Source: Lingula anatina (Eukaryota; Animalia; Brachiopoda). Taken from it: a stretch of 64,000 nucleotides of DNA. The notes beneath the pieces were generated by a model, which was not told where the DNA came from, ran no database searches, and saw only the letters and a program-made list of their open reading frames with translations. This document shows, piece by piece, positions 36,826 through 50,555 of this stretch. The DNA is taken from assembly GCA_051362555.1 (NCBI GenBank), contig CM120642.1:6448001-6512000 (forward strand), given 5' to 3'. Each line of letters starts with the position of its first letter. Position 1 is the stretch's first letter. The translations under genes and the position numbers were made by a program.

Positions 36826-39800
36826 CAATTGTTCAAAATGCCAGTGTCATCCTGTAAATCTATCTCAGTTTTTCCAATAGTTTGCTGGACCTCTCTTTTT
36901 CATAAAGCCCAGTTTAGAGTACCCCAACATTGCCCTATGGTAAATAAGGCAAGTCACAAATGGGCTGAACCGCCGCCATGAACAATTATATAAAGATGTT
37001 GTTTTTATCACACTTTTTCAAGAAAATGTCGCACAAACATTACTAAGATCACGGAGTAAGCCATCATAACAACAAATTTAAAGAAGGAATATCAATTTAT
37101 CAGAAATTCAATTCAATTTACTGCAAACAAGTTGAAACCATTACAACCTGAATAGTTAACAAAGGATGTTGACAGTCAAATTCTGTTCCACTAAATCATA
37201 CAGCAAAATGATTTACATTGTATGGCCCCGCTTACTCACGGGTGCTTGATGTAATTGAACGAATACTCGACCTGCAAAATATTTCATAACATATATGCCA
37301 GTGATTCATGAATTAAATATTGATTTGAGTCTTATGATTTGCACCGATTTTTTTGTTACATTTTGCATATTTCTGATGTCTGATTTCTCATGGATCTGAA
37401 TATAGGCCTATTAAATAAGACCTGGGGGTGAATTATGAAACTGCCCAAATGTATTAAGAGACATAACCCTGTGATCAAATTTTCGTTTTACACGCGCTTT
37501 ATTCTTGCAACTTTAAATTTTTCACACAGACCCCTTCTGCCTTTTCCGCTATGTGTTCCTAGTGAAAACATATAAGAAAAAATATAAGCTTGCTTTGTGA
37601 TTCCATTGCAATAGTTCAACCCGGAATTATAATTATTTTTTTGCTTCAGATACCCCGCATGCGCAGTCTTATGCGGTATAGATGGTACACCATCGTCTTC
37701 ATTTTCTTCTTCATAACTGCGCTCGCGTTTGTCATCCACAAAATCAGGACGATGAACCAAAAGATGCACAGAACAGAATACTTAGAGGCTGAAAGAGAAA
37801 GCCTCCTGGAGCGCCAGGCAGCCGAGAACGACGATTACAACGTGGAACAAGAAGAGCCCTCCACGCGGCCGCCACCAAAAGATGGAGTTGACATGGACGC
37901 TGGTCACCGAGAATCCCCGCTGGGTAAAGTCAACCAAGGGGACCCTGCAGGAGTGCCGATAATGGGGGATGAGGGCCAGCAACAGTCAGAGGGCCAGTTC
38001 AACCCGGTCTACCAGCCTCTCCAGCCCGAACTTCCAGTTCGACGACAACACCAACAACAGCAACATCTTGCGCAACAACAGCAGCAGCCGATGCTACAGC
38101 ATCCGCACGTGATGCAACTGCAAGTTCCACAACACGGTTATCAGCAAACGCAACCGCAGCAACTGCTGCAGCCAGTGTATCAGCAACAGCAACAACCCGC
38201 CCCTGTTCAAACCTCCACGGCGTTACAAATTACCGCCAAGCAGGCAGAGTTCAGCAACAGAGAATATGAACGCTTTATGGAGATGTTGGAAGAATGGCCG
38301 AGCGACAAACCCAAGGCAACGATCTATTATCTTCTGAACACACAACGCATACATATACGTAGATTCCGTGGTGCAATACAGAGCGTCGATAAATTTTTCA
38401 ATAATCGCTTCCAGTATCCCATTGTGATATTTCATGAGCCCGACCTGTTAGAAAGTCATAAACAAGACATAAAATCATGGACGACGTCAAATGTATTTTT
38501 CCAAATCGTGGAATTTATCATACCGGAGTGGATCAGAATGCCAGCAGAGGACTGGTTGCACACGTGTGTTTTTGCCAGAATGGGGTACCGCCACATGTGT
38601 AGATTTCAAAGCGTTCTCGTCTCCCAGCAACCAATTTTACAACCAATAGAATGGTATTGGCGCCTTGATGATGACTCGAAACTCCTAAATGACGTCACGT
38701 ATGACGTATTTCAGTTTATGCGGGATCGTGATCTGACTTATGCATACATCAGGCTCGTATTTGAGTTCAAACCGGACTGTATAGCTGGCCTAAGAGGAAA
38801 TTCCACAAAGTATGTTCACCAACACCAACTAACACCAACATTCCTTGAGCGCTTGCCAGAAAACTGGAGTCTGTTTAACAACTTTGAAATATCACGGTTC
38901 AGTTTCTGGCGTCGCCAGGATGTGAAGGCGTACCTAAATTATATCGATCACGCTGGCGGCATCTTTTACAACCGCTGGGGAGACGCTCCTATCAAAACTA
39001 CGGCTCTTGCTATATTTGAAAACATTGACAAGATTTTCCAGCTCACCAATGTGCTGTATCAACATAAGAAGTTCAGTATGGAAGAGAACAAAAGGCGCCT
39101 GAAGCCGATTGAATCTTACTTGAAACCGAAAGTTTAGTGAAATGCTCGCCGTGTTTTTTACACTGAAGATGGGTTTTCACATTGAACTTGAATACAAATA
39201 CAAACCTTACTGGTAATAAGGTTGGCGGGAATGTGAGCTCTCACATCTTTTGGCCTTTGTTTTCATTTGAGCCAATTTTTTGTTCCAATAGCTGTTGTGG
39301 TTTCTCATATTTTTCTTAAATAATCTTGTTTGCACTTATTAACCTAATTTATTAATTTTATGTTATGGCAGTTATATAGTTTGGGGGATGTTATATTATC
39401 CCCCCAGTTTTGTAACTTTGTATCTTATTTTCGTCATTAATAAATGAAAATTTTCAGTCCTATATGGACTTATCTTATTTACTTTTGAGCAAAAACAGAG
39501 CTTCGTTGTGCTTTTGAATATTGGGTATATAAATACAAATGCATGATATATATAATGGACATATACATACAAATAAGACTTGAATATAGTTGGTTTTTTC
39601 AATCGAAAGTCAGAATAAATGGATAAAAACAATATAAACAGTAACAATACAATTGGAATTCAACTTTGAGAAACTACCAGCATTCAAGGTGTTGGAAATT
39701 AAGAGATACTTTCCCCTTTTTTAAACCTAAGATTAACAAATTAATTATATCATGTTTTATTTCAAATACCTCCACCCAGATAATTCTTAAATCCAACAGT

Positions 39801-40221
39801 TTTTAAAAATTGCAAATGCGAAATAAGAATTTGAAAACGGTAGGCGTTGATTAGTCAGAAATTAAGAAAATGTAAGCATACGTACTGAATCACCAAAGAA
39901 AATCTATATCCATTGGAGCAGAACACCTTTGTTCAAAATTTTGATAGATCCAGATACTAGCCAGGAAATTACCTGTTCACCTACACCTGCACAGGTAATT
40001 CAGTTGTGACCAAGTCTGGCGGAATGAACAGACGAACCAGTCAACAGGTAAATCAAATATCTGGATCTCTCATAAATGAAAACATTCTGACTAATATTAC
40101 ATTTACTTGGCTTGTGCATGGACCAGTGTTCTACCAAGCATAATAAAAACATGTAAGAGCCACAAGCTAAAATGAATACACTTAATTTAGTATTTAGATT
40201 TTGTTATTCTAATTTATTTTG

Positions 40222-40289
<68 letters not shown>

Positions 40290-40875
40290 GCATGTATATC
40301 AAGCATGCATGTAAATGAAGTCCGTCAAGTAGAAAAACGTGTGTAAATTATACGAACTTGAAACACGTACATTGTACATGAATATTCTTCATGATGGCTG
40401 AGGCTAAACTACAAACAAAAGGTTTTGTATTCCGTTCCTGTATATGAGAATTTATTTGGAATATTCATCAGTCATATTGCTGCGTAGCCTCTGTCAGGCA
40501 TGCAAAACCCGTATCAAGTATAACTAAACTACTTCATTCTGGTCCTTGAATAATAGATAACTTTTAAATTGCCACATTACTATATTTGACCCCTTTTATT
40601 CGGAGAACCTGTAGTCCAAAATAGTAGCAGATCATGGAGAAAGTTCGTAGAGCCTTGCGGACCGCGTTAGAGGTATGTCATAATTGATGTCGTTGTTTAT
40701 TCAGTTATTTTCTTTGCCTGTGTGCAGCCAGATAGATGACTATGGTAGAGGCAGTTGGCAGGGTTTGCCTAACAGTTAATTATCTTTGAGACCAGTTAGA
40801 TATATCATGTTGAGAGAGAAAGAGAGAGAGAGAGATAGGGAGAGAGTATGTGCGCGTGCGTGTGAGAGAGTGTGT

Positions 40876-40908
<33 letters not shown>

Positions 40909-43900
40909 TGTGTGTGTGAGAGAGAAATAGAGGGGAGATGGAGAGTGTGTATGTGTGTGTGTGCGCGTTTGTGAGAGAGTGTGTGCACATATGGTCGCGT
41001 GTGTGCATGCGTGCGTGCGTGCGTGTGTGTCTGTGTGAAAGAGATAGAGAGAGGTAGCGTGCTTGAGCAGTCATGCGTAGTCTCTTGATTACACGTATCA
41101 TCACTATAAACGTCATAAAATTATGGCTGGAGTGTCCCTTGTGGTAAATCTTGGTGTGGTAACAGAACTTGTTAGTATTTTCTTGGTGTTGGTAGATATG
41201 AGTCGGCTATTGCCAACCGTTTTAATATGGGGTAGGACACACAACTAGAAAAATACAATTAGCCAACGTAACAAACCTACGGTACATACTAGTTAACAAG
41301 GATAAAAGAAGACCAAAATAGTCTTTATGGATTTTGAAATTACCTAATTATGATAAAAATTGGATAACTAGAGTGACAAGTAATTGTAATGACCTTGGAG
41401 CTAATATCACTTGACTGCTAATAAAGTTAATCACTTGACTAATTTAAAGTGTGCTGCAGCAGAACGCCGCTCTGACTGGTTTGCAAAGCTATGGGACGAC
41501 AACGGTGGTGGCGACAAACTCAGATTGTTTAAATTATTAAAGTGATAATAACTCTTCGTTTTGGCCAAAAAATGAATTTTCTTGGAGTAAACAACAATTT
41601 TCCCATACTTACCAATGGTTAATGAATCCATTTTTACATTCAAAGTTAGTCCCTGGTTTTTTTCTAAAAAGTTTGGTTTTTTGTTAAAATCTCTTAAGAG
41701 ATTTTAACAGAGTATAGCCATCAATGGAGGTCACGTGGTCTAAAGACAAGCTCAGATATCAGAATAATAGCTATAACAGCCGTTTTTGTGGGAAAACAGA
41801 ATATATTATATTTTTATGAGTCATTCACAATGTTTTTATTGTGAAATACAGATTTCATATACAGAGTTATTATCCCTTTAAGCTCAGAAGTTATAAGTTA
41901 TGCCGAAAAACATCCTTGTCAATTAAACAACAAAGGGCACTTGCTTAAGTAAGGTGTGGGAAGGCCCCACATCGAATAGAAATCGATCGATATGAAAAAA
42001 TATCTATTGTGAAAAAAACTGCCCATTATGTGAATCTGAGTGTATCCACTTCTTTTTGCTATTGCTAGACGTTTTAACAATATTTTGATCTTTTAAATAA
42101 TCAGAACAAGTTTTTATTTTGATTCGTAATGATGACATGATAAATTTACATGTATTTGCCAAGACCTGTTGCCGATTTTTAAAAATGAAACTTAAACGTA
42201 ATTTTTAAATGATATTGAGTCTTTCATACAAGTAGTTCTATATTGAATTATCACGTTTTACTGCTTCTAATTTCGTATTTCTTAACATATGGGTGAGCCT
42301 GAAATAAAATATCTTGAATCTTGAATCTTGGTGAAATGAATGCATGGAAATGGACAGTGGAAATGGTTTTGTGGTATCGATCATTATACACGATGGACAT
42401 TTACCCCCACCCCCTCCCCAACATCTGTTAACCCAGGGTCCTGCTCTATTGTATCGGGAGTGACCGTAGAGTAGCAACCTATTCAGGGGGAGTGGACATT
42501 CTTAGTTGATTCATGTGGTACTTATTTACGTTTGTCGCCAACGGAGGGTATTGGTAGTTTATGAATAGTCTCACCTGTTAACATTGAAGTATCATTATAT
42601 ATGTCTATCATTTTTTAATGAATAAACGTCTGTACGAACGTCCATAGAAAGCTTCATATAATCAGATGGTGATGAATCAATTATCCTGATGCCTTGCAAG
42701 ATTTCCCATTTTACATGCAAGTGGTGGTTTACTGCTTCATGTCTTATTCATTAATGTAAAACGCTGCTTTGCGAAATCCTTTGCTAAATGACGTTTGGGA
42801 ACGACTGAAACAAATCCTTTAATTAAAACGGCTTTATGAGTTTGTTAATATCTTTGTCCAGTGAACCAACGATATTTTCCCATTGAGTTGGAGAAATGTT
42901 AACAAAGGTTTCTGTACTGAATCCGTGGTTTCAATAAGGTCTCAATATGACTTCAATATGTAAAACAAATACAACATTCAACCAGATCATTAGTGTATTT
43001 ATCATAATTATTGTTACTTCATGTTCTAACTTCAAGTAAAAGTATTTTTGTTGAACCCTTTACATTTGAACATCTTTTGCTGATCAATTGTTCATTTCAC
43101 AAATTTCTCAAAAAGAAAAAAAAAGCAATTGTACAAAGTGCCAGTGTCATCCTGTTATTCTCCGATACAGAGTAAGGATGTCGTGAAAGTCCGCGTGTTC
43201 TTGAAGTTTGTACATAAATCCCTGGTTACCATCGACCTGTTCCTAAATAAGAGTCTATCTCAGTTTGTCCAATAGTTTTCTGGACCTCTCTATTTCATAC
43301 AGCCCAGTTTAGAATACCCCAACATTGCCCTATCGTAAATAAGGCAAGTCACAAATGGGCTGAACCGCTGCCATGAAGAATTGTTTTTAGGATGTTGTTT
43401 TTATCACACAGTTTCAAGAAAATGTCGCACAAACATTACTAAGATCACGGAGTAAGCCATCATAAGAACAAATTTAAAGTAGGAACATCAATTTATCAGA
43501 AATTCGGAGACACGAATGAAGCAATTCACTGTAAACAAGTTGAAACCATTATACAACCTGAATAGCTAACAAAGGATGTTGACAGTCAAATTCTGTTCCA
43601 CTAAATCATACAGCAAAATGATTTACATTGTACTGCGCCGCTTACTTACGGGTGCTTGATGTCATTAAACGAATACTCGACCTGCAAAATATTTTATAAC
43701 ATATATGCCAGTGATTCATGAATTAAATATTGATTCTAGTCTTATGATTTGCACCGATTTTTTTGTTACATTTTGCATATTTCTGATGTCGGATTTCTCA
43801 TGGATCTGAATATATGCCTATTAAGTAAGATCTGGGGGTGAATTCTGAAACTGCCCAAATGTATTAAGAGACATAACCCTGTTATCACATTTTCGTTTTA

Positions 43901-46898
43901 CACGCGCTTTATTCTTGCAACTTTAAATTTTTCACACAGGCCCCTTCTGCCTTTTCCGCTATGTGTTCCTAGTAAAAACATATAAGAAAAAATATATAAG
44001 TTTGCTTTGTGATTCGATTGCAATAGTTCAATCCGGAATTAAAATTATAATTATTTTTTTTGCTTCAGCTCGCGTTTGTCATCCACAAAATCAGGACGAT
44101 GAACCAAAAGATGCACAGAACAGAATACTTAGAGGCTGAAAGAGAAAGCCTCCTGGAGCGCCAGGCAGCCGAGAACGACGATAACAACGTGGAACAAGAA
44201 GAGCCCTCCACGCGGCCGCCACCAAAAGATAGAGTTGACATGGACGCTGGTCACCGAGAGTCCCCGCTGGCTATAATCAACCAAGGGGACCCTACAGGAG
44301 TGCCGATAATGGGGGATGAGGGCCAGCAACAGTCAGAGGGCCAGTTTAACCCGGTCCGCCAGCCTCTCCAGCCCGAACTTCGAGTTCCGCCAATGGATCG
44401 TGCGAATCCTGATCGACAACAACACCAACATCTTGTGCAACAACAGCGGCAGCCGATGCTACAGCAGGTTCCACAACACGTTTATCAGCAACTGCAACTG
44501 CAGCAACAGCAGCAGCCAGTGTATCAGCAACAGCAAGAACCCGCCCCAGTTCAAACCTCCGCAACGTCACAAATTACCGCCAAGCAGGCAGAGTTCAGCA
44601 ACAGAGAATATGCACGCTTTATGGAGATGTTGGAAGAATGGCCGAGCGACAAACCCAAGGCAACGTCTATTATCTTCTGAACACACAACGTATACATAGA
44701 TTCCGTGGTGCAATACAGAGCGTCGATAAATTTTTCAATAATCGCTTCCAGTATCCCATTGTGTTGTTTCATGAGCCCGATCTGTTAGAAAGTCATAAGC
44801 AAGACATTAAATCATGGACGACGTCGAATGTATTTTTCCAAATTGTGGAATTTATCATACCGGAGTGGATCAGAATGCCAGCAGAGGACTGGTTGCACAC
44901 GTGTGTTTTTGCCAGAATGGGGTACCGCCACATGTGTAGATTTCAAAGCGTTCTCGTCTCCCAGCAACCAATTTTACAACCAATAGAATGGTATTGGCGC
45001 CTTGATGATGACTCGAAACTCCTAAATGACGTCACGTATGACGTATTTCAGTTTATGCGGGATCGTGATCTGACTTATGCATACATCAGGCTCGTATATG
45101 AGTCCGAACCGGACTGTATAGCTGGCCTGAGAGGAAATGCCACAAAGTATGTTCACCAACATCAACTAACACCAACATTCCTTGAGCGCTTGCCAGAAAA
45201 GTTGAGTCTGTTTAACAACTTTGAAATATCACGGTTCAGTTTCTGGCGTCGCCAGGATGTGAAGGCGTACCTAAATTATATCGATCACGCTGGCGGCATC
45301 TTTTACAACCGCTGGGGAGACGCTCCTATCAAAACTATCGCTCTTGCTATATTTGAAAACCTTGACAAGATTTTCCAGCTCACCAATGTGCTGTATCAAC
45401 ATGATAAGTTCAGAATGAAGGAGAACAAAAGGCGCCTGAAGCCGATTGAATCTTACTTGAAACCGAAAGTTTAGTGAAATGCTTGCCGTGTTTTTTTACA
45501 CTGAAGATGGGTTTTCACATTGAACTTGAATACAAATACAAACCTTACTGGTAATAAGGTTGGCGGGAATGTGAGCTCTCACATCTTTTGGCCTTTGTTT
45601 TCATTTGAGCCAATTTTTTGTTCCAATAGCTGTTGTGGTTTCTCATATTTTTCTTAAATAATCTTGTTTGCACTTATTAACCTAATTTATTAATTTTATG
45701 TTGTGGCAGTTATATAGTTTGGGGGATGTTATATTATCCCCCCAGTTTTGTAACTTTGTATCTTATTTTCGTCATTAATAAATGAAAATTTTCAGTCCTA
45801 TATGGACTTATCTTATTTACTTTTGAGCAAAAACAGAGCTTCGTTGTGCTTGTGAATATTGGGTATATAAATACAAATACATGATATATAATGGACATAT
45901 ACATACAAATAAGACTTGAATATAGTTGGTTTTTTCAATCGAAAGTCCGAATAAAAGGATAAAAACAATACAAACAGTAACAATACAATTGGAATTTAAC
46001 TTTGAGAATCTACCAGCATTCAAGGTGTTGGAAATTAAGAGATACTTTCCCCTTTTTTAAACTTAAGATTAACAAATGAATTATATCATGTTTTACTTCA
46101 AATACCTCCACCCAGATAATTCTTAAATCCAACAGTTTTTAAAAATTGCAAAAGCGAAATAAGAATATGAAAACGGTAGGCGTTGATTAGTCAGAAATTA
46201 AGAAAATGTAAGCATACGTACAACTGAATCACCAAAGAAAATCTATATCCATTGGAGCAGAACACCTTTGTTCAAAAATTTGATAGATCCAGATACTAAC
46301 CAGGAAAATGCACGAAAATGCAGTAGTATCGAAGTAGCAAAAAAGCATTAACGCAGTAGTGGTGTGGAGCATATCTGCAGTAGAAATGCAGCATAGCCTA
46401 CTGCAATTCTACTCCAAAAAGTACATAGGTTTGTACAGAGAGGAGCATTAATGCAGTAGATTAGCAGCATGATAGAAGCATGTTTCAAATATGCTAATTA
46501 GCTCCCAAATCGAAGCAGATTTGAAGCATGTTTGCAGTATGATTGCAGTAGTCTGCTGCGGTTTGCAGTATGATTGCAGTAGTCTACTGCGCTGGAGTAT
46601 CTACTGCGTTTTCTTGCGGGATAGATCCAGATATTTACCAGGAAATTACCTGTTCACCTTTACCTGAACAGGTAATTCAGTTGTGACCAAGTCTGCCAGA
46701 GGGAACAGACGAACCAGTCAACAGGTGAATCAGATATCTGGATCTATCATAAATGAAAACATTCTGACTAATATTACATTTACTTGGCTTGTGCATGGAC
46801 CAGTCTTCTAACAAGCATTATAAAAACATGTAAGAGACACAAATTAAAATGAATGCACTTAATTTAGTATATAGATTTTGTTATTCTAATTTATTTTG

Positions 46899-46994
<96 letters not shown>

Positions 46995-49900
46995 GCATGT
47001 ATATCAAGCATGCATGTAAATGAAGTCCGTCAAGTAGAAAAACGTGTGTAAATTATACGAACTTGGAACACGTACATTGTACATGAATATTCTTCATGAC
47101 GGCTGAGGCTAAACTACAAGCAAAAGGTTTTGTACATGTATTCCGTTCCTGTATATGAGAAATTATTTGGAATATTCATCAGTCATATTGCTGCGTAACC
47201 TCTGTCAGGCATGCAAAACCCGTATCAGGTATAACTCAACTACTTCATTCTGGTCCTTGAATGATAGATAACTTTCAAATTGCCACATTACTATATTTGA
47301 CCTCTTTTATTCGGAGAACCTGTGGTCCAAAATAGAAGCAGCTCATGGAGAAAGTTCATGGAGCCATGTGGACCGCGTTAGAGGTATGTCATAATTGATG
47401 TCTTTGTTTATTCAGTTATTTTCTTTGCCTGCATGCAGCCAGATAGATGACTATGGTAGAGGCAGATGGCAGGGTTTGCCTAACAGTTAATTATCTTTGA
47501 GACCAGTTAGATATATCATGTTGAGAGAGAGAGAGAGAGAGATAGAGAGAGAGGATGTGCGCGTGCGTGTGAGAGAGTGTGTAAATGTGTGTGCGTGTGT
47601 GCATGTGTGTGTGTGTGAGTGTGTGTGTGAGAGAGAAATAGAGGGGAGATGGAGAGTGTGTATGTGTGTGTGTGCGCGTTTGTGAGAGAGTGTGTGTACA
47701 TATGGTCGCGTGTGTGCATGCGTGTGTGCGTGTGTGTGTGTGTGTCTGTGTGAAAGAGATAGAGAGGGGTGGCGTGCTTGAGTAGTCATGTGTAGTCACT
47801 TGATTACACGTATCATCACTATCAACGTCATAAAATTATGACAGGAGTGTCCATTGTGGTAAATCTTGGTGCGGTAACAGAACATGTTAGTAATTTCTTG
47901 GTGTTGGTAGATATGAGTCGCCTATTGCCAACCGTTTTAAAATGGGGTAGGTCACACAACTAGAAAAAAACAATTAGCCAACGTAACAAGCCTACGGTGC
48001 AAACTAGTTAACAAGGATAAAAGAAGACCAAAATAGTCTTTATGGATTTAAAAAGTACCTAATTATGATAAAAATTAGATAACTAGAGTGACAAGTAATT
48101 GTAATGACCTTGGAGCTAATATCACTTGACTGCTAATCAAGTTAATCACTTGGCTAGATTAAAGTGTGCCGCAGCAGAACGCCGCTCTGACTGGTTTGCA
48201 AAGATATTGGACGACAACGGTGGTGGCGACAAACTCAGATTGTTTAAATTATTAAAACAAAGCTAAGAAGTTATAAGTTACGTCGAAAAACATCCTTGTC
48301 AATTAAACAACAAAAGGCACTTGCTAAAGTAAGGTGTGGGGTACGTGGCCCAACTTCGAATAGAAACCGATCTATACGAAAAATTAGCTATTGTGAAAAA
48401 AAACTACCCATTATGTGAATCTGAGTGTATCCACTTCTTACTAAACTGTCCTTTTTTATTGATGAACTTGCTTAACTTTTTGATATTGCGAGACGATTTT
48501 TAAAACAATATTTTGATCTTTTAAATGTTCAGAGCAAGTTTTTTATTTTGATTAGTAATGATGACATAATTAATTTACATGTAGTTGCCAAGACTTGCTG
48601 CCGATTTTTTAAATAATGCTTTATTTTTAAAATGATATTGATTCTTTCATACATGTAGTACTATATTGAACTGTCATGTTTTACTGCTTCTAATTTCGTA
48701 TTTCTTAACATATGGGTGAGCCTGAAATAAAATATCTTGAATCTTGAATCTTGGTGAAATGAATGCGTGGAAATGGACGTCAGAAGTTCGAAATGCACTG
48801 GGGAGCATAGATTTTGTGGTATCGAGCATTATACACGATGGACATTTACCCCTACCCCCTCCCCAGCCTCTATTAACCCAGGGTCCTTCTCTCTTGTATC
48901 GGGGAGTGACCGTAGTGTAACAACCTATTCAGGGGAGTGGACATTCTTAGTTGATTCATGTGGTACTTATTTACGTTCGTCGCCCACGGAGGGTATTGGT
49001 AGTTTATGAATAGTCACACCTGTTAACACTGAAGTATCATTTTATATGTCTATCATTTTTTAATGAATAAACGTCTGTACGAACGTTCATAGATGTAATG
49101 CGCGGGAGGCTTCATATAATCAGATGGTGATAAATCAATTATCCTGATGCCTTGTAAGATTTCCCGTTTTACATGCAAGTTGTGGTTTACTGCTTCATGT
49201 CTTATTCATTAAAGTAAAACGCTGCTTTCGTGTTGTCAAACATCCTTTGCGAAATGATGTTTGGAACGACTGAAACTAAAATGGCTTTATGAGCTTGTTA
49301 ATATCTTAGTCCAGTGAACCAACAAAATTCTCCCAGTGAGGTTGGAGAAATGTTAACTGAATCCGGTCCAGTTTTGGGCCAATATAACCCAGATAATTTC
49401 CCACCGGAATCCACCCATGGCAAAGTACCAAAATGCATGGGAGAGGGTGTTTAAGTGGGCATATCATGAAAACTGGGTAACTTACAAACTTGTGAGAGGT
49501 ATCATTTATAATGTTCAAAGGCATGGCCATTCATTGTCAAAAATTTTGGAATTCGTCAGAGGTCAAGGTCGTGCCTAAATGTCAAGGTCAATCTCGAGAA
49601 TGGACCAGAATAGCTTAAAATATAGCATCAACTTTCTTAATTCTTTCAAAAATGAACTTTTTATGATTCCTATCGCTCCTATTGAGAACTGCATACAAGA
49701 AACCACCTTTGTGGATGTTGTATTTAACTGACCAAGGGTAAAATAATGTATGTCAAGGCCAAATTTGCAGCCAAACACATACAAAAGTGGCATTTCTAAT
49801 CCTATAACAGTCGAACTAAATAAATTCACTGATGGTCAAATCTCTCAAAATGTACAAGATTAAAGTCATGAAATAAAAAGGACAGCAATTTGTTGATCAT

Positions 49901-50504
49901 TAGAGGTCAAGGTCATGTTTGTGTGTCAAAGTTAGTCTCGAAACGGGATCAAAATGGTCTAAAATACGTCCAACTATAATTTTCATAGAAAAAATTATTT
50001 ATTAAGCAATTTGGTCAAAAGGCAATCATTTTACTGTGGGATTCAACTGAACAAAGGTAAAGGAAATAAGTGTTTAAGTCAAATGGGCACAAACGTAATT
50101 AAAACAGTTAAATAAAAAATACCTGTATTGTTATTTCTCTCAAATTTTACGCACCCACATTCACGGATGATGAGGCCTCTTAATAATATGTGAGATCAAA
50201 TTTACGGATTGCATGGCGCAGGATTAGATAATGTCTCAAAGTTAAACTTAAAACAAGGTCAAACCTAAAATGGCATGAAATACACATCACACCATGTTTC
50301 TACAAAAATATATACTCTTGATACAATGATGGAATATTTCAACAGAACATTTCATCCGTGGTTTCAATAAGGTCTCAATATGACTTCAATAAGTAAGACA
50401 AATACAACATTCAACAAGATCATTAGAATATTTATCATACTTATTGTTATTTCATTTCCATTTTAACTCCTTTTGCTGATCGATTGTTCATTTCACAAAT
50501 TTCT

Positions 50505-50555
<51 letters not shown>

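Noticed and set aside
46309-46620. CRISPR-like array of GCAGTAG repeats
   Set aside because: The repeats are short, irregular and in both orientations with no unique spacers; eukaryotic MITE context and no cas genes.
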